Part shown: positions 41,408-51,913 of the stretch, in pieces | How positions within the stretch are numbered: the stretch's first letter is position 1 | Layout: each line of letters starts with the position of its first letter | Assembly: GCA_900766895.1 (NCBI GenBank) | Contig: CAAFXF010000065.1 | Span: forward strand, 1 to 60,741 | Source of the DNA: Clostridia bacterium | GTDB lineage: Bacteria > Bacillota > Clostridia > Oscillospirales > Acutalibacteraceae | DNA length: 60,741 nt | Reading direction: 5' to 3' | Translations under genes and position numbers: made by a program | Notes under the pieces: model-generated | Told to the model about the DNA's origin: nothing | Seen by the model: only the letters and a program-made list of their open reading frames with translations | Databases searched by the model: none

Positions 41408-43159
41408 CTACCAGCTTCCGCCGCCTCCGCCTCCGAAGCCACCGCCGGAGAAGCCACCGCCTCCTCCGCCAAAGCCTCCTCCCGAGGCATTATCGGACGG
41501 AACAGACACCATAGCCCTTGATATGTCTGTCATAGTGCGGTTCATAAAATACAGCATTGTCATTGTGTTAAAGTCGTTGCCGTAGTACCAGCTCGGCTTT
41601 TCAACGGCAATACCCTCAAAATTCTTTATCCATTTATCCGACACACCTAAAACATAGGCATACGGCAAAATGTCGTAAAAATATGTTGGGTTTTCCTCAA
41701 CCAATGCCTCAAGCCTTTCCTTTTCCGCCGATTCAAGAAAAATCTTAAAGCCGTTTATCTTTTGCTTTATCTCGTGTCCCTCGTCTGTTCTTTGCCTGAT
41801 GAAAAACGCAAAGCAAAATGCAATCACGTAAATTATTAAGCCGATACCGAAGAAAGCAAATCTTTCATTGCCCACAAACATAGACCTGAAAATAAGGAAA
41901 TCAACCGCAACACCGACAACAACCGCTATCCAGCCGACAAGCCTCATTAGCAGAGATTTGTTGTTAAACACCTTTGATGTTTCCATATTAAGCGTTTGCT
42001 GAATGGAATTGACTGTCTTGTAAAAGCTTTCCTCCAGGTCGGACAGCATAACGGTGCTTCTTCTGCCGTCTTTGAACAAGCCGTCAAAGAATATACCTTT
42101 GAGCCTGTCGTCACCTGTATATGTATCCTTTGCCTTTGAAATTTTACATTCAAAGGATTTTTTTATGCCCCGTTTTTCTACTTCCTCAATGTTGATATAG
42201 CCCTCGTTGGCAAGCTCAATCAACAATCCGATAACATCATTTTGACTTGCATTGCCCTTGCTCCAGAGTGCAACCTCGGCACTGTTCATATTTTCAGGCG
42301 GATAAAACTCGACAACATCAACTATCTTTTTGTCCTTGCCGTATTTTTTCCAAAGAATAAACACAATAGCCAAAGCAATAAGCGGAATCAGCACAAGCAG
42401 GGCTAATGCCGTATAATGCAGGGCATAGTTAAAGGTGAAATATCCCTCGTCAAGAAACAGGGTGACGGTTAACGCCTCGTTTGGATTAATCGCTCTGTCA
42501 ACAGTACCGCTGATAATGTTTTCGTTAACCGTGTAGGAAATTCCGCTGCTGTCATTAGCACCGTATTCTCCCAAATAAAACGAAAGCTTATCCGCGTCAA
42601 AATCAGTGTTTGGCATTGTTATTGTAAAGCTGACATTGCTTATCCTTGTATCCCAGCCGGTGCCGATAATGTTATAGTACAAAGCGTCAAAGCCGTCATT
42701 TACATCCTTGCCCATATCAAAGGTGTAGGATATTGTGTACTGCTTTTCGCCCGTAATCGTTGTGTCTGCGTCACCGATTTTGATAACATAATTGTTGTTT
42801 TCACTGTATGTCTCATAATTATCGCTGACATCAACACCGCTGATTTTTGCCCTGATTTTCTCTATACTGCCGTCGCTCTGTTTAACGGTGTTTACGTACG
42901 GAATATATCTGAATATGCCGTGCTTAGGAACATTAAAGCAGGCAGTAATTTTTTCGGTAACATCAAGCGAGTTGTCGTCATTAACAACAATACCTATGTC
43001 GTAGGCGGATATTTCGTAATCGTAATCGCTGATACCGTAATCGTAAAAAATACTGCTGTCGTCGAACACCTCCTGCTCGTCGGCAATGGCAGTTACAGGC
43101 ATCAGGACAATTACAGCCAAAATCACACAAATTATTGCATGCTTAAAGTGTGTTTTCAT
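41408..43159 (-). CDS. DUF2207 membrane protein
   Basis: HGIFRYIP, YYNIIGTGW, LPYAYVLGV, Gly-rich GGGGGSW C-terminus. Confidence 0.88.
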   Translation of the reverse strand: MKTHFKHAIICVILAVIVLMPVTAIADEQEVFDDSSIFYDYGISDYDYEISAYDIGIVVNDDNSLDVTEKITACFNVPKHGIFRYIPYVNTVKQSDGSIEKIRAKISGVDVSDNYETYSENNNYVIKIGDADTTITGEKQYTISYTFDMGKDVNDGFDALYYNIIGTGWDTRISNVSFTITMPNTDFDADKLSFYLGEYGANDSSGISYTVNENIISGTVDRAINPNEALTVTLFLDEGYFTFNYALHYTALALLVLIPLIALAIVFILWKKYGKDKKIVDVVEFYPPENMNSAEVALWSKGNASQNDVIGLLIELANEGYINIEEVEKRGIKKSFECKISKAKDTYTGDDRLKGIFFDGLFKDGRRSTVMLSDLEESFYKTVNSIQQTLNMETSKVFNNKSLLMRLVGWIAVVVGVAVDFLIFRSMFVGNERFAFFGIGLIIYVIAFCFAFFIRQRTDEGHEIKQKINGFKIFLESAEKERLEALVEENPTYFYDILPYAYVLGVSDKWIKNFEGIAVEKPSWYYGNDFNTMTMLYFMNRTMTDISRAMVSVPSDNASGGGFGGGGGGFSGGGFGGGGGGSW

Positions 43160-43716
43160 TAAAACTCTACCTTTACAGCCTTTCTTTCGCTCTCGTCATC
43201 AACAACAAACATTTCCTTCTTTTCAAAGTGAAACATTGATGCAACAATGCTTGACGGAAACATCTCTACCTTATTATTAAAGGATTTTACAACCGCATTG
43301 TAATACTTGCGTGCGTTTGCAATGTCCTCCTCGGTCTTTTTAAGCTGTGAATTAAGCTCAATAAAGTTTTCGTTTGCCTTAAGCTGCGGATACTGCTCGG
43401 CAACAATGTTAATGCTTTTGATAGCCTCGTTCAGCTCCGAATTTGCCTTAATCTTCTCCTGCGGATTCATGCTTGCATAACCGCCGTTTCGTGCGGCGAT
43501 AACATTTTCAAGTGTTTGAGCCTCATGCTTTGCATAAGCCTTAACAGACGATACAATGTTTGGTATCAAATCCCATCTTTTTTTAAGATAAACATCCATA
43601 GTGGAGAATGCCTCCTCAACGGAATTTTTACCCTTAACAAATGAATTGTAGGTTGATGCAACATAAACTGCGATAAGCACAACAAGCGCCACCAAAGCAA
43701 TAATTGAATATTTCAT
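43159..43716 (-). CDS. lemA: LemA family protein
   Basis: KKRWDLIPN, AEQYPQLKANENF, IANARKYYN, FPS. Confidence 0.92.
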   Translation of the reverse strand: MKYSIIALVALVVLIAVYVASTYNSFVKGKNSVEEAFSTMDVYLKKRWDLIPNIVSSVKAYAKHEAQTLENVIAARNGGYASMNPQEKIKANSELNEAIKSINIVAEQYPQLKANENFIELNSQLKKTEEDIANARKYYNAVVKSFNNKVEMFPSSIVASMFHFEKKEMFVVDDESERKAVKVEF

Positions 43717-43785
43717 ACGAACTCCCCCTTAAAATATTGGTTCAATTTCAATATATCACACCGGTAGGTGTTTTTCAAGAAAAAT

Positions 43786-43816
43786 AAAAGGACCTGTCTT
43801 TTGACAGGTCCTTTTT
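43786..43816 (-). terminator. terminator after tRNA-Gly
   Basis: AAAAGGACCTGTC-tttt-GACAGGTCCTTTT. Confidence 0.85.
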
Positions 43817-43823
43817 ATACATT

Positions 43824-43899
43824 TGGAGCGGATTACGAGACTCGAACTCGCTACCTTCACCTTGGCAAGGTGACGCTCTACCGGATGAGCTAAATCCGC
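43824..43899 (-). tRNA. tRNA-Gly (GCC)
   Basis: GCGGATTTAGCTCATCCGGTAGAGCGTCACCTTGCCAAGGTGAAGGTAGCGAGTTCGAGTCTCGTAATCCGCTCCA; cloverleaf, anticodon GCC, encoded CCA. Confidence 0.96.
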
Positions 43900-43912
43900 G
43901 ATTGCAAGACAT

Positions 43913-43941
43913 ATTATATCTGCAATCAGGTCATTTGTCAA
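43913..43941 (-). promoter_or_regulatory. consensus sigma-A promoter of tRNA-Gly
   Basis: TTGACA-N17-TATAAT. Confidence 0.85.
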
Positions 43942-43964
43942 GGCTTTTTTAATTTTTCTTGTAA

Positions 43965-45251
43965 TTATTTTGTAGGAACAATTTTGTCCTTACCGCCCAT
44001 ATACATACGCAATGCCTCGGGGATAGAAACAGAGCCGTCTGCATTAAGGTTGTTCTCCAAAAATGCAATCAACATTCTCGGCGGTGCAACAACTGTGTTG
44101 TTAAGGGTGTGAGCAAGGTAATTGCCGTTTTCGCCCTTAACTCTTATCTTGAGGCGTCTTGCCTGTGCGTCTGTAAGGTTTGAGCAAGAGCCAACCTCAA
44201 AATATTTCTTCTGTCTCGGTGACCAAGCCTCAACGTCAACAGACTTTACCTTAAGGTCTGCAAGGTCGCCCGAGCAGCACTCAAGTGTACGAACGGGAAT
44301 GTCAAGCGAACGGAACAAATCAACTGTATTTTGCCACAGCTGGTCAAACCAGTACATAGACTCCTCAGGCTTGCAAACAACAACCATTTCCTGCTTTTCA
44401 AACTGATGAATTCTGTACACACCGCGCTCCTCAATACCGTGAGCACCCTTTTCCTTACGGAAGCAAGGTGAATATGATGTGAGTGTGAGCGGAAGCTTTT
44501 CCTCCGGTGTAATTGTGTCGATAAACTTGCCTATCATAGAGTGCTCCGATGTGCCGATAAGGTACAAATCCTCGCCCTCAATCTTGTACATCATTGCATC
44601 CATTTCCTCAAAGCTCATAACGCCTGTAACAACGTTTGAACGAATCATATACGGCGGAATGCAGTATGTGAAGCCACGGTCAATCATAAAGTCACGCGCG
44701 TAGCTGATAACTGCGGAATGAAGCCTTGCAATGTCACCCATAAGGTAGTAAAAGCCGTTACCTGCAACTCTGCCGGCAGCCTCCATATCAATACCGTCAA
44801 AGGTTTCCATAATATCGGTATGATAAGGGATTTCGTAATCTGGAACAACAGGCTCGCCGTATCTTTTAACCTCAACGTTTTCGCTGTCATCCTTGCCGAT
44901 AGGCACGGACTCGTCAATGATGTTCGGAATCATCATCATTCTTTGGGTAACCTCGGTGTTAAGCTCGGTTTCTCTTGCGGCAAGCTCCTCAAGCTCCTTC
45001 GCCTGTGCGGTAACCTGCTCCTTAAGAGCCATACCCTCTTCCTTTTTGCCCTGTGCCATCAAAGCACCGATTTCCTTTGAAATCTTGTTTCTGTTTGCTC
45101 GAAGCTCGTCTGCTCTTGCTATAACGGTACGGCGCTCCTCGTCAAGCGCAATAACCTCATCTACAAGGTTAAGCTTATGCTCCTGAAATTTCTTTTTGAT
45201 GTTTTCCTTAACAATCTCCGGATTTTCACGGACGAATTTAATATCTAACAT
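43965..45251 (-). CDS. serS: serine--tRNA ligase
   Basis: MLDIKFVRENPE, LIGTSE, SPCFRKEKG, RIHQFEKQE, EVGSCSN, HTLNNT. Confidence 0.96.
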   Translation of the reverse strand: MLDIKFVRENPEIVKENIKKKFQEHKLNLVDEVIALDEERRTVIARADELRANRNKISKEIGALMAQGKKEEGMALKEQVTAQAKELEELAARETELNTEVTQRMMMIPNIIDESVPIGKDDSENVEVKRYGEPVVPDYEIPYHTDIMETFDGIDMEAAGRVAGNGFYYLMGDIARLHSAVISYARDFMIDRGFTYCIPPYMIRSNVVTGVMSFEEMDAMMYKIEGEDLYLIGTSEHSMIGKFIDTITPEEKLPLTLTSYSPCFRKEKGAHGIEERGVYRIHQFEKQEMVVVCKPEESMYWFDQLWQNTVDLFRSLDIPVRTLECCSGDLADLKVKSVDVEAWSPRQKKYFEVGSCSNLTDAQARRLKIRVKGENGNYLAHTLNNTVVAPPRMLIAFLENNLNADGSVSIPEALRMYMGGKDKIVPTK

Positions 45252-45290
45252 AATCGTTCTCCTACAAATTATTTTCAACTAAATATTATA

Positions 45291-46133
45291 TTACTTTGCA
45301 ATCGCATTTGCAATATTTTTTAGGTCATCAAGGGTATAAAATTCTATTTCAAGTGTGCCCTTGCTTCTGCCGTTGTATACCTTTACCTTTGTGCCGAGTG
45401 CCTCGCTGAGCGAAAGCTCAACCTCGTCGTAAAAGCTGTCGCGTCTTTGGGTGCGCTTAGGCTCGCTTGCCCTTGCAGGACGCTTTGCCATTTTTTCTAC
45501 ATCTCTTACTGTCAGCTTTTTCGGTACGATTTGCTTTGCACATTCAATCATCATAGGCTGATTGTCAAACGCAAGCAATGCCCTTGCGTGACCGGCGGAA
45601 ATAACGCCGTCCTTCGCCATATCTCTTACCTCTTCGGGAAGCTTAAGAAGTCGCAAAGAATTTGTAATTGCAGGTCTTGACTTTCCGACAGAAACCGCAA
45701 CCTCCTCCTGAGTGTATCCGCATTTGTCAATAAGCGCCTGCAGTCCCTCCGCCTCTTCAATGGGGTTTAGGTCCTCTCTTTGCAGGTTTTCAATTATGGC
45801 TATTTCCATAGCCTCGGTGTCGGACAGCTCCTTGATAATTACGGGAACCTCCTTGAGCTCTGCCATACGGCTCGCTCTCCACCTGCGCTCGCCTGCAACA
45901 AGCTGGTATCCGCCGTTTGCAAGAGGGCGTACCAACAAGGGCTGAAGCACACCGTGCTGACGGATAGAATCCGCAAGCTCCGCAAGTGCGGTTTCGTCAA
46001 AGGTTTTACGGGGTTGCTCCTTGTTTGGAACAATTTCGTTAATGCTTAAGGTGCTTGTAGACACCATACTGTCTGTGTTGTTTTCCAGCATAAGAGCACC
46101 GAGCCCCTTGCCGAGTCCTGACATTTTCGCCAT
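45291..46133 (-). CDS. parB: chromosome partitioning protein ParB/Spo0J
   Basis: GLGKGLGAL, PNKEQPRK.F, AGERRWRA, ENLQREDLNPIEEA, SRPAITNSLRLL. Confidence 0.95.
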   Translation of the reverse strand: MAKMSGLGKGLGALMLENNTDSMVSTSTLSINEIVPNKEQPRKTFDETALAELADSIRQHGVLQPLLVRPLANGGYQLVAGERRWRASRMAELKEVPVIIKELSDTEAMEIAIIENLQREDLNPIEEAEGLQALIDKCGYTQEEVAVSVGKSRPAITNSLRLLKLPEEVRDMAKDGVISAGHARALLAFDNQPMMIECAKQIVPKKLTVRDVEKMAKRPARASEPKRTQRRDSFYDEVELSLSEALGTKVKVYNGRSKGTLEIEFYTLDDLKNIANAIAK

Positions 46134-46142
46134 ATTTTCCTC

Positions 46143-47441
46143 CTATTGCTTCGGTACATTCGGCCTTGCACAGCCTGCAAGGAGCGCACAGCCGACACCC
46201 ATCGAAGCATACTTAATTATAATGATTATGTTCAAAATTTTTGAATATACAAAAAATCCGCCTGTTTCACAAAAAGCGTTTGCTATCCTATGTGTTAAAA
46301 GACCGCCGTCCATTGCATAATATGTAAAATCGCTGAACGCCATGGCAACGCCCATACCCGTAAACAGCACGGCAAATATTATTGCCACAGCCGTAAAGTA
46401 CGCCTTTTTTGACGGATACGACCTGCCCATAAGAATTACGGCAATGCAAAGCACCGCCACTATCGGAGCCGAAATACCGTATGACATCAAGCCCAAAAGC
46501 ATTTCAAACAATCCCTCTCCGCAATCGCCAAGACATTCTATCACAGCAAGACCGATAATAATATGATGAACGCCTGCGTAGATAGAAAAATCGGTCATAT
46601 CAGATAAATACAGCTCCTGCCTTTTCGCCTTTGTTACATACCGGATAAACAGCACAAGCTCGGTAATTGATACGGCTATCATCAACCACGTCATACCTAC
46701 AAAGTAATCGAAAAAATCAAGCATTCCAACAGGGCGACCGTCGTAAACCCAATTTTCCGTAATCATTTCCACACAGACATATATCTGTGCCAAAAACGAT
46801 ATGCCGAACATCAGCGACGATACAACCAAGCGTGTTTCTGTCGGTGCAGAATGTTTATGTTGAACATCAGGCAAAGCAAAGCCCATCTGAGACATTACAA
46901 GCAATGCAATAGCCAGCGCAACGCACCATTCGCCCGTATCCATAACTCTGTCAAAATGAGTTGACTCGCCTCTGCCCATATAGCTCGGCAGACGGTACTG
47001 AAGCTTAAAGCACACCGTTTGGATAAGTGCAAATGCCGACGGCAAAAGCATAATCCACCAATTTTTGCCCTTGCTCCTTAAGCACCCCTGCGAAATAAAT
47101 CCGGCTGCAAAAAGCAAGGCTATTTTTAACCCAAAGGCTATGTACACACCCACGTTCAAATGGGCTCTTATCATAACAAGATAGCACAGCTTTATTAAAT
47201 CCGCAAAGCCGAGCACCATAAACGGCAATGATAACAGCCTTTTGGAATTGCACGGAGTAATCAGCAATACAAGCACAAAAAGTGATGCCGTCAACGACGG
47301 AAGCATATAGAGAAATGTTGTGCCGATGCCGAAATAAGACTTTGTTCCTATAAGCAGGTTTGCCAAATTAAGCAATAGCATTAGTGAGGCAAAAATTTTG
47401 AGCAATACTGCATTTGTTTTCTGAGATTTGTTTAATGCCAT
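46143..47441 (-). CDS. hypothetical polytopic membrane protein (432 aa)
   Basis: Long ORF with roughly a dozen hydrophobic segments that fills the parA-parB gap; no family recognised. Confidence 0.75.
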   Translation of the reverse strand: MALNKSQKTNAVLLKIFASLMLLLNLANLLIGTKSYFGIGTTFLYMLPSLTASLFVLVLLITPCNSKRLLSLPFMVLGFADLIKLCYLVMIRAHLNVGVYIAFGLKIALLFAAGFISQGCLRSKGKNWWIMLLPSAFALIQTVCFKLQYRLPSYMGRGESTHFDRVMDTGEWCVALAIALLVMSQMGFALPDVQHKHSAPTETRLVVSSLMFGISFLAQIYVCVEMITENWVYDGRPVGMLDFFDYFVGMTWLMIAVSITELVLFIRYVTKAKRQELYLSDMTDFSIYAGVHHIIIGLAVIECLGDCGEGLFEMLLGLMSYGISAPIVAVLCIAVILMGRSYPSKKAYFTAVAIIFAVLFTGMGVAMAFSDFTYYAMDGGLLTHRIANAFCETGGFFVYSKILNIIIIIKYASMGVGCALLAGCARPNVPKQ

Positions 47442-47447
47442 AAATGT

Positions 47448-48209
47448 TTACTGATTCTTTAAGAATTCGTCTACGAATTTTTTGTATGCAAATGATGGCT
47501 TTGAGTATTTTTCGTAGTAGATTACGGGTTGACCGAAGCTTGGCGCCTCTGCAATTTTTACCGAGCGCGGTATCATTGTTTTGTACGGCTTGCCCGGAAA
47601 ATACTGCGACACCTCATCAATTACCATTTGGTTAAGCTTTAATCTGCTGTCGTACATAGTAAACAGTACGCCCTCTAATTCAAGGTGCTCGTTGTAGTGT
47701 TGCTTGATTGTCCTAACGGTTGACACAAGCTGGCTCAAGCCCTCAAGTGCGTAATATTCGCATTGCAAAGGAACAATGAGGGTATCGGCGGCAACCAAAG
47801 CATTAATCGAAAGCATACCGAGTGACGGTGGGCAATCAATAATAATATAATCAAATTCCATAACAAGCGTTGCAATAGCACGCTTTAGGCAACTGTTTCT
47901 GTTTTCAAGCTCGGCAATCTCTACCTCTGCGCCTGCAAGGTTCATATTGGCAGGGAGAATAAAAAGGTTTTTGAAATCCGTTTCTATCATAATTGAACGA
48001 GCGGTTTGCTCACCAATCAAAACATCATATGTACTGTACTGCACCTGACTTTTGTCTATGCCTACGCCTGATGTGCTGTTGCCCTGTGGGTCAATATCAA
48101 TAAGCAGGGTTTTTTTGCCCTTTTGCCCAAGGGCAGCCGCCATATTAACACAGGTGGTTGTTTTACCTACGCCACCCTTTTGATTAAATATTGCAACTGT
48201 TTTGCCCAT
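47448..48209 (-). CDS. parA: chromosome partitioning ATPase ParA/Soj
   Basis: NQKGGVGKTTT, DIDPQGN, DCPPSLG, QCEYYALEG, AEAPSFG. Confidence 0.96.
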   Translation of the reverse strand: MGKTVAIFNQKGGVGKTTTCVNMAAALGQKGKKTLLIDIDPQGNSTSGVGIDKSQVQYSTYDVLIGEQTARSIMIETDFKNLFILPANMNLAGAEVEIAELENRNSCLKRAIATLVMEFDYIIIDCPPSLGMLSINALVAADTLIVPLQCEYYALEGLSQLVSTVRTIKQHYNEHLELEGVLFTMYDSRLKLNQMVIDEVSQYFPGKPYKTMIPRSVKIAEAPSFGQPVIYYEKYSKPSFAYKKFVDEFLKNQ

Positions 48210-48283
48210 AAATTCACCTCATTATTATACTGTTTATATTATACAACTATTGCAGTGGTATATCAAGGTGAATATATTGTATA

Positions 48284-48299
48284 TGTTTCACGTGGAACA
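48284..48299. promoter_or_regulatory. parS site 1
   Basis: TGTTTCACGTGGAACA. Confidence 0.92.
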
Positions 48300-48317
48300 T
48301 CAATATGTGGAGCCATA

Positions 48318-48333
48318 TGTTTCACGTGAAACA
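48318..48333. promoter_or_regulatory. parS site 2
   Basis: TGTTTCACGTGAAACA, perfect palindrome. Confidence 0.95.
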
Positions 48334-48370
48334 AAAGCAAAGCAGACGGGCGTTAACCCGTCTGCTTCGC
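48334..48370 (-). terminator. terminator after noc
   Basis: AAGCAGACGGG...CCCGTCTGCTT stem with a T-rich tail on the minus strand. Confidence 0.75.
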
Positions 48371-48413
48371 TGTGATGAAAAGAGGAGAATATGTTAAAAT
48401 GGTTTTACCCATT

Positions 48414-49232
48414 TTAAGCCTGTTTTTGTTGGAGTACCTTAAGTTTAGGCTCGCCAACACTTGCCTTTGGTATCTTTATGCGATACTCAATATAATCATC
48501 GGTTTCTGTTTTGTCCGATACGGCGTCAATGCCGGATTCCTGCATAGTCTTAATTGCCTTGTTAACCGTGTTTACAAATATTCTGAAATCCTTATAAATA
48601 GGATGTTGTGTGCGTTTTTGCTTTTTAGGCTTTGCATAAAAGGTGGCAATATAGCTTTCTGTTTGAGCAACATTCAGGTGCCTGTCCTTAATTACATTAA
48701 GCACCGTCCATATATCCTTTTCGTTTTCTATATTAAGGAGTGCGCGTGCGTGCCTCTCTGTTAAGCCCTCTTTTTCTATAAAATATCTTACATCCACCGG
48801 CAATTTAAGTAATCTTACCTTGTTAGACAATGCCGATTGACTTTTACCGAGCGCCTTGGATATTTCCTGTTGTGTCATTCCGAACACAGACATAAGCTGA
48901 CCGATAGCCGCAGCCTCCTCAAAAAAGGACAAATCCTCTCGCTGTACATTCTCTAATATGGAATATACTGCACTTTTCTCTCGGTCAATATCCATTTCTA
49001 TGCAGGGAACCGTGTCAATGCCTGCAAGTATAGCCGCACGCAATCTGCGTTCTCCTGCTATTATTTCGCAGTAATCGGAGTTGTTCATTCTGCGAATGAG
49101 CAGAGGCTGAAGAATTCCGTTTTCCTTTATTGAATTTGCAAGCGCAAGCATTTCCTCAGACTGAAACTGATGTCTTGGCTGATTTGGATTTGGCAACAGC
49201 TTTTCCGTTGCAATATATGATATGTTGTTCAT
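48414..49232 (-). CDS. noc: nucleoid occlusion protein / ParB paralog
   Basis: PNPNQPR, AGERRLRA, ENVQREDLSFFEEA, GKSQSALSNKVRLL, LTERHARALL, D.RIFVNT..KAI; located between rsmG and parA. Confidence 0.85.
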   Translation of the reverse strand: MNNISYIATEKLLPNPNQPRHQFQSEEMLALANSIKENGILQPLLIRRMNNSDYCEIIAGERRLRAAILAGIDTVPCIEMDIDREKSAVYSILENVQREDLSFFEEAAAIGQLMSVFGMTQQEISKALGKSQSALSNKVRLLKLPVDVRYFIEKEGLTERHARALLNIENEKDIWTVLNVIKDRHLNVAQTESYIATFYAKPKKQKRTQHPIYKDFRIFVNTVNKAIKTMQESGIDAVSDKTETDDYIEYRIKIPKASVGEPKLKVLQQKQA

Positions 49233-49332
49233 ACGCCTGTCCTTTCGTTACATTTATATTATCATAAACATAACAAAAATAAAAGGATTTCTCGTCGGGA
49301 GAAATCCTTGTAAATCGACATAAATCCTTTTA

Positions 49333-50037
49333 TTACAAAGGCTTTGCGGAAATTTTTTTGGCTTTGCGGGGGAACTGTGTCGGAGTTTGCGAAATCTTTT
49401 TTACAACCACTATTGACCTCGGCTCTGTTCCATTAAGTTTATACGAAACATTGCTGACAACCTCGCCGCCGAGGGTTGCGATAGCCTCCTTTGCCTGCTC
49501 GGTATCGTCGTTGCTACCCTTTAATGCCACAAAATATCCGCCCACCTTTACAAAGGGGAGGCAGTATTCTGCAAGCACATTCATAGGTGCAACCGCCCTT
49601 GCCGTTGCCAAATCAAACATTTCGCGGTAGTTTTTGTCTTGTCCTGAGTCCTCTGCTCTTGCGTGAACGAGGTTTGCTTCAAGTCCGATAGCGTGAACGG
49701 CTGTATCCAAGAATGTTAATCTTTTGTTAATCGCATCCATCATTGTTAGACATAAATCAGGATTATAGATGAGTAACGGCACACTTGGAAAGCCTGCGCC
49801 TGCACCAACGTCGATTACAGTTTTTGTATTACTCAAATCAAAATATTTTGGGAGCATAAGGCAATCCAAAAAATGCTTAACCTCAATTTCCTCCGGCTCG
49901 GTAATGGCAGTCAGGTTCATCTTGCCGTTCCACTCCACAAGAAGCTCGGCGAAGGTGTCAAACCTGTCAAGTGCGGTTTGGTCAAGCTCTATCCCGTTTT
50001 GCATGGCAAGGGTGCGTAATCTTTCTTTATCTATCAT
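49333..50037 (-). CDS. rsmG: 16S rRNA m7G527 methyltransferase
   Basis: [26 protein letters not shown]. Confidence 0.95.
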   Translation of the reverse strand: MIDKERLRTLAMQNGIELDQTALDRFDTFAELLVEWNGKMNLTAITEPEEIEVKHFLDCLMLPKYFDLSNTKTVIDVGAGAGFPSVPLLIYNPDLCLTMMDAINKRLTFLDTAVHAIGLEANLVHARAEDSGQDKNYREMFDLATARAVAPMNVLAEYCLPFVKVGGYFVALKGSNDDTEQAKEAIATLGGEVVSNVSYKLNGTEPRSIVVVKKISQTPTQFPRKAKKISAKPL

Positions 50038-51901
50038 TGCTCATACTCTCCAAAATAATATTAAGTGCAGTAATATCGGCAGGGTTAACACCACTGATAC
50101 GGCTTGCCTGTCCCAAATTCTGCGGTCTGATTTTTGCAAGCTTTTCAACAGCCTCAAGCCTAAGTCCCTTAAGGCTTGAATAATCAATGTCGGCAGGGAT
50201 TTGCTTTGCTTCTATCCTGCGCATTTCCTTAATTTGTGCCTCCTGCTTTTTGATGTAGCCCTCATACTTTATGCTGATTTCCACCTGCTCAAAAATTTCA
50301 TACGGAAGGTCAGGTCTGTTTTTATCAACAACCTTCAAATCATCATAAGTGATTTGCGGACGGCGGAGAAGCTCAATCATCTTGCACCCCGTTTTCATAG
50401 GAGCCGTGCCCTTGCTAACCAAAATCTGCTGAAGCTCGTCGCTGATAGGAACGGAAAGCGACTTAACCCTCTCAAGCTCATTTTTGATAAGCTCCTGCTT
50501 CTCGTTAAACCTTGCAAACCGTTCGTCACTTATCAAACCGATTTTGTGACCGATAGGAGTTAGTCGAATGTCGGCATTGTCCTGTCGCAATACAAGTCGG
50601 TATTCGCTTCGGCTTGTCATCATTCTGTACGGATCGGAGCAACCCTTTGTTACAAGGTCGTCAATAAGGGTGCCGATATATGATCCGCCTCGGTCAAGTA
50701 TAAGAGGCTCCTCGCCCTTAATCTTCAATGCGGCGTTGATGCCTGCAACAAGTCCCTGGGCTGCCGCCTCCTCGTAACCGCTTGAGCCGTTGAACTGACC
50801 TGCACCGTAAAGTCCGTCAAGGTCGTTAAATTCAAGTGTTGCCTTTAGCGCGGTTGGGTCAACGCAATCGTATTCAATAGCATACGCAGGTCGCATAACC
50901 TGTGCATTTTCAAGGCCCTTGATGGTGTGGATAAAATCAAGCTGAACATCTTCGGGCAGGGAAGAGCTGAGCCCCTGAAGATACATCTCCTCGGTGTTTT
51001 CACCGCACGGCTCAATAAACAGCTGGTGCCTTTCCTTGTCGCCGAAACGCACAATCTTATCCTCAAAGCTTGGGCAGTACCTCGGCCCCTTGCCCTCGAT
51101 TTTTCCACTGTACATAGGGGAACGATGCAAATTGTCAAGAATAATCTGCTTGGTTCGCTCGTTAGTGTATGTGATATGGCAAACAACCTTGTTTTGCGGA
51201 TTTTCCTTTGTGTCAAACGAAAAGGGAACTGTTCGCTCGTCACCTTGCTGAACCTCAAGCTCTGCAAAATCTATGCTTCGTCTGTTTACACGGCTCGGCG
51301 TACCTGTCTTGAACCTGCGAAGCGGAATGTTTAATTTGTACAACGCCTCGCTCAAGGCATTTGCAGGGAACATACCGTCCGGTCCACTTTCGTAGGTGAC
51401 ATCACCGATGTATACTCTGCCACCCAAAAATGTACCTGTTGCAAGAATAACCGCCTTTGCAGAAAACAAAGCCTCAAGCCTTGTTTTAACAATCCACTCG
51501 TCACCGCTTTTGTAAAGGTCGACTATTTCGCCCTGACGAATATCAAGGTTTTGCGTTAACTCAAGGGTGTGCTTCATACCGGCAGAATACTCACGCCTGT
51601 CAATTTGTGCACGAAGCGAATGAACTGCAGGGCCCTTACCGAGATTTAACATTCTGCTTTGCAGGGAATACCTGTCCGCCGCCTTGCCCATTTCGCCGCC
51701 GAGGGCGTCAATTTCTCTTACAAGGTGTCCCTTGCTTGTACCGCCGATTGACGGGTTGCACGGCATATTGCCAACCCAATCAAGATTTATGGTGAACACC
51801 GCTGTGCTCACGCCAAGACGCGCAGCCGCAAGCGCAGCCTCGATGCCTGCGTGTCCCGCACCGATAACTATTACATCATATTTTCCGCCAAAATATTCCA
51901 T
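50027..51901 (-). CDS. mnmG: tRNA uridine-5-carboxymethylaminomethyl synthesis enzyme
   Basis: [43 protein letters not shown]. Confidence 0.97.
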   Translation of the reverse strand: MEYFGGKYDVIVIGAGHAGIEAALAAARLGVSTAVFTINLDWVGNMPCNPSIGGTSKGHLVREIDALGGEMGKAADRYSLQSRMLNLGKGPAVHSLRAQIDRREYSAGMKHTLELTQNLDIRQGEIVDLYKSGDEWIVKTRLEALFSAKAVILATGTFLGGRVYIGDVTYESGPDGMFPANALSEALYKLNIPLRRFKTGTPSRVNRRSIDFAELEVQQGDERTVPFSFDTKENPQNKVVCHITYTNERTKQIILDNLHRSPMYSGKIEGKGPRYCPSFEDKIVRFGDKERHQLFIEPCGENTEEMYLQGLSSSLPEDVQLDFIHTIKGLENAQVMRPAYAIEYDCVDPTALKATLEFNDLDGLYGAGQFNGSSGYEEAAAQGLVAGINAALKIKGEEPLILDRGGSYIGTLIDDLVTKGCSDPYRMMTSRSEYRLVLRQDNADIRLTPIGHKIGLISDERFARFNEKQELIKNELERVKSLSVPISDELQQILVSKGTAPMKTGCKMIELLRRPQITYDDLKVVDKNRPDLPYEIFEQVEISIKYEGYIKKQEAQIKEMRRIEAKQIPADIDYSSLKGLRLEAVEKLAKIRPQNLGQASRISGVNPADITALNIILESMSNDR

Positions 51902-51913
51902 AATACCTCACAA

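Noticed and set aside
41415..41490. CCGCCT/GGC-rich tandem repeats (also about 4055-4155)
   Set aside because: They encode the Gly-rich tail of DUF2207 and the G/F linker of DnaJ
41408..43899. Genomic island integrated at tRNA-Gly
   Set aside because: No integrase and no duplicated tRNA 3' end seen; lemA-DUF2207 is a common pair
45252..45290. T-box leader for serS
   Set aside because: Only 39 bp between parB and serS; no room and no T-box motif
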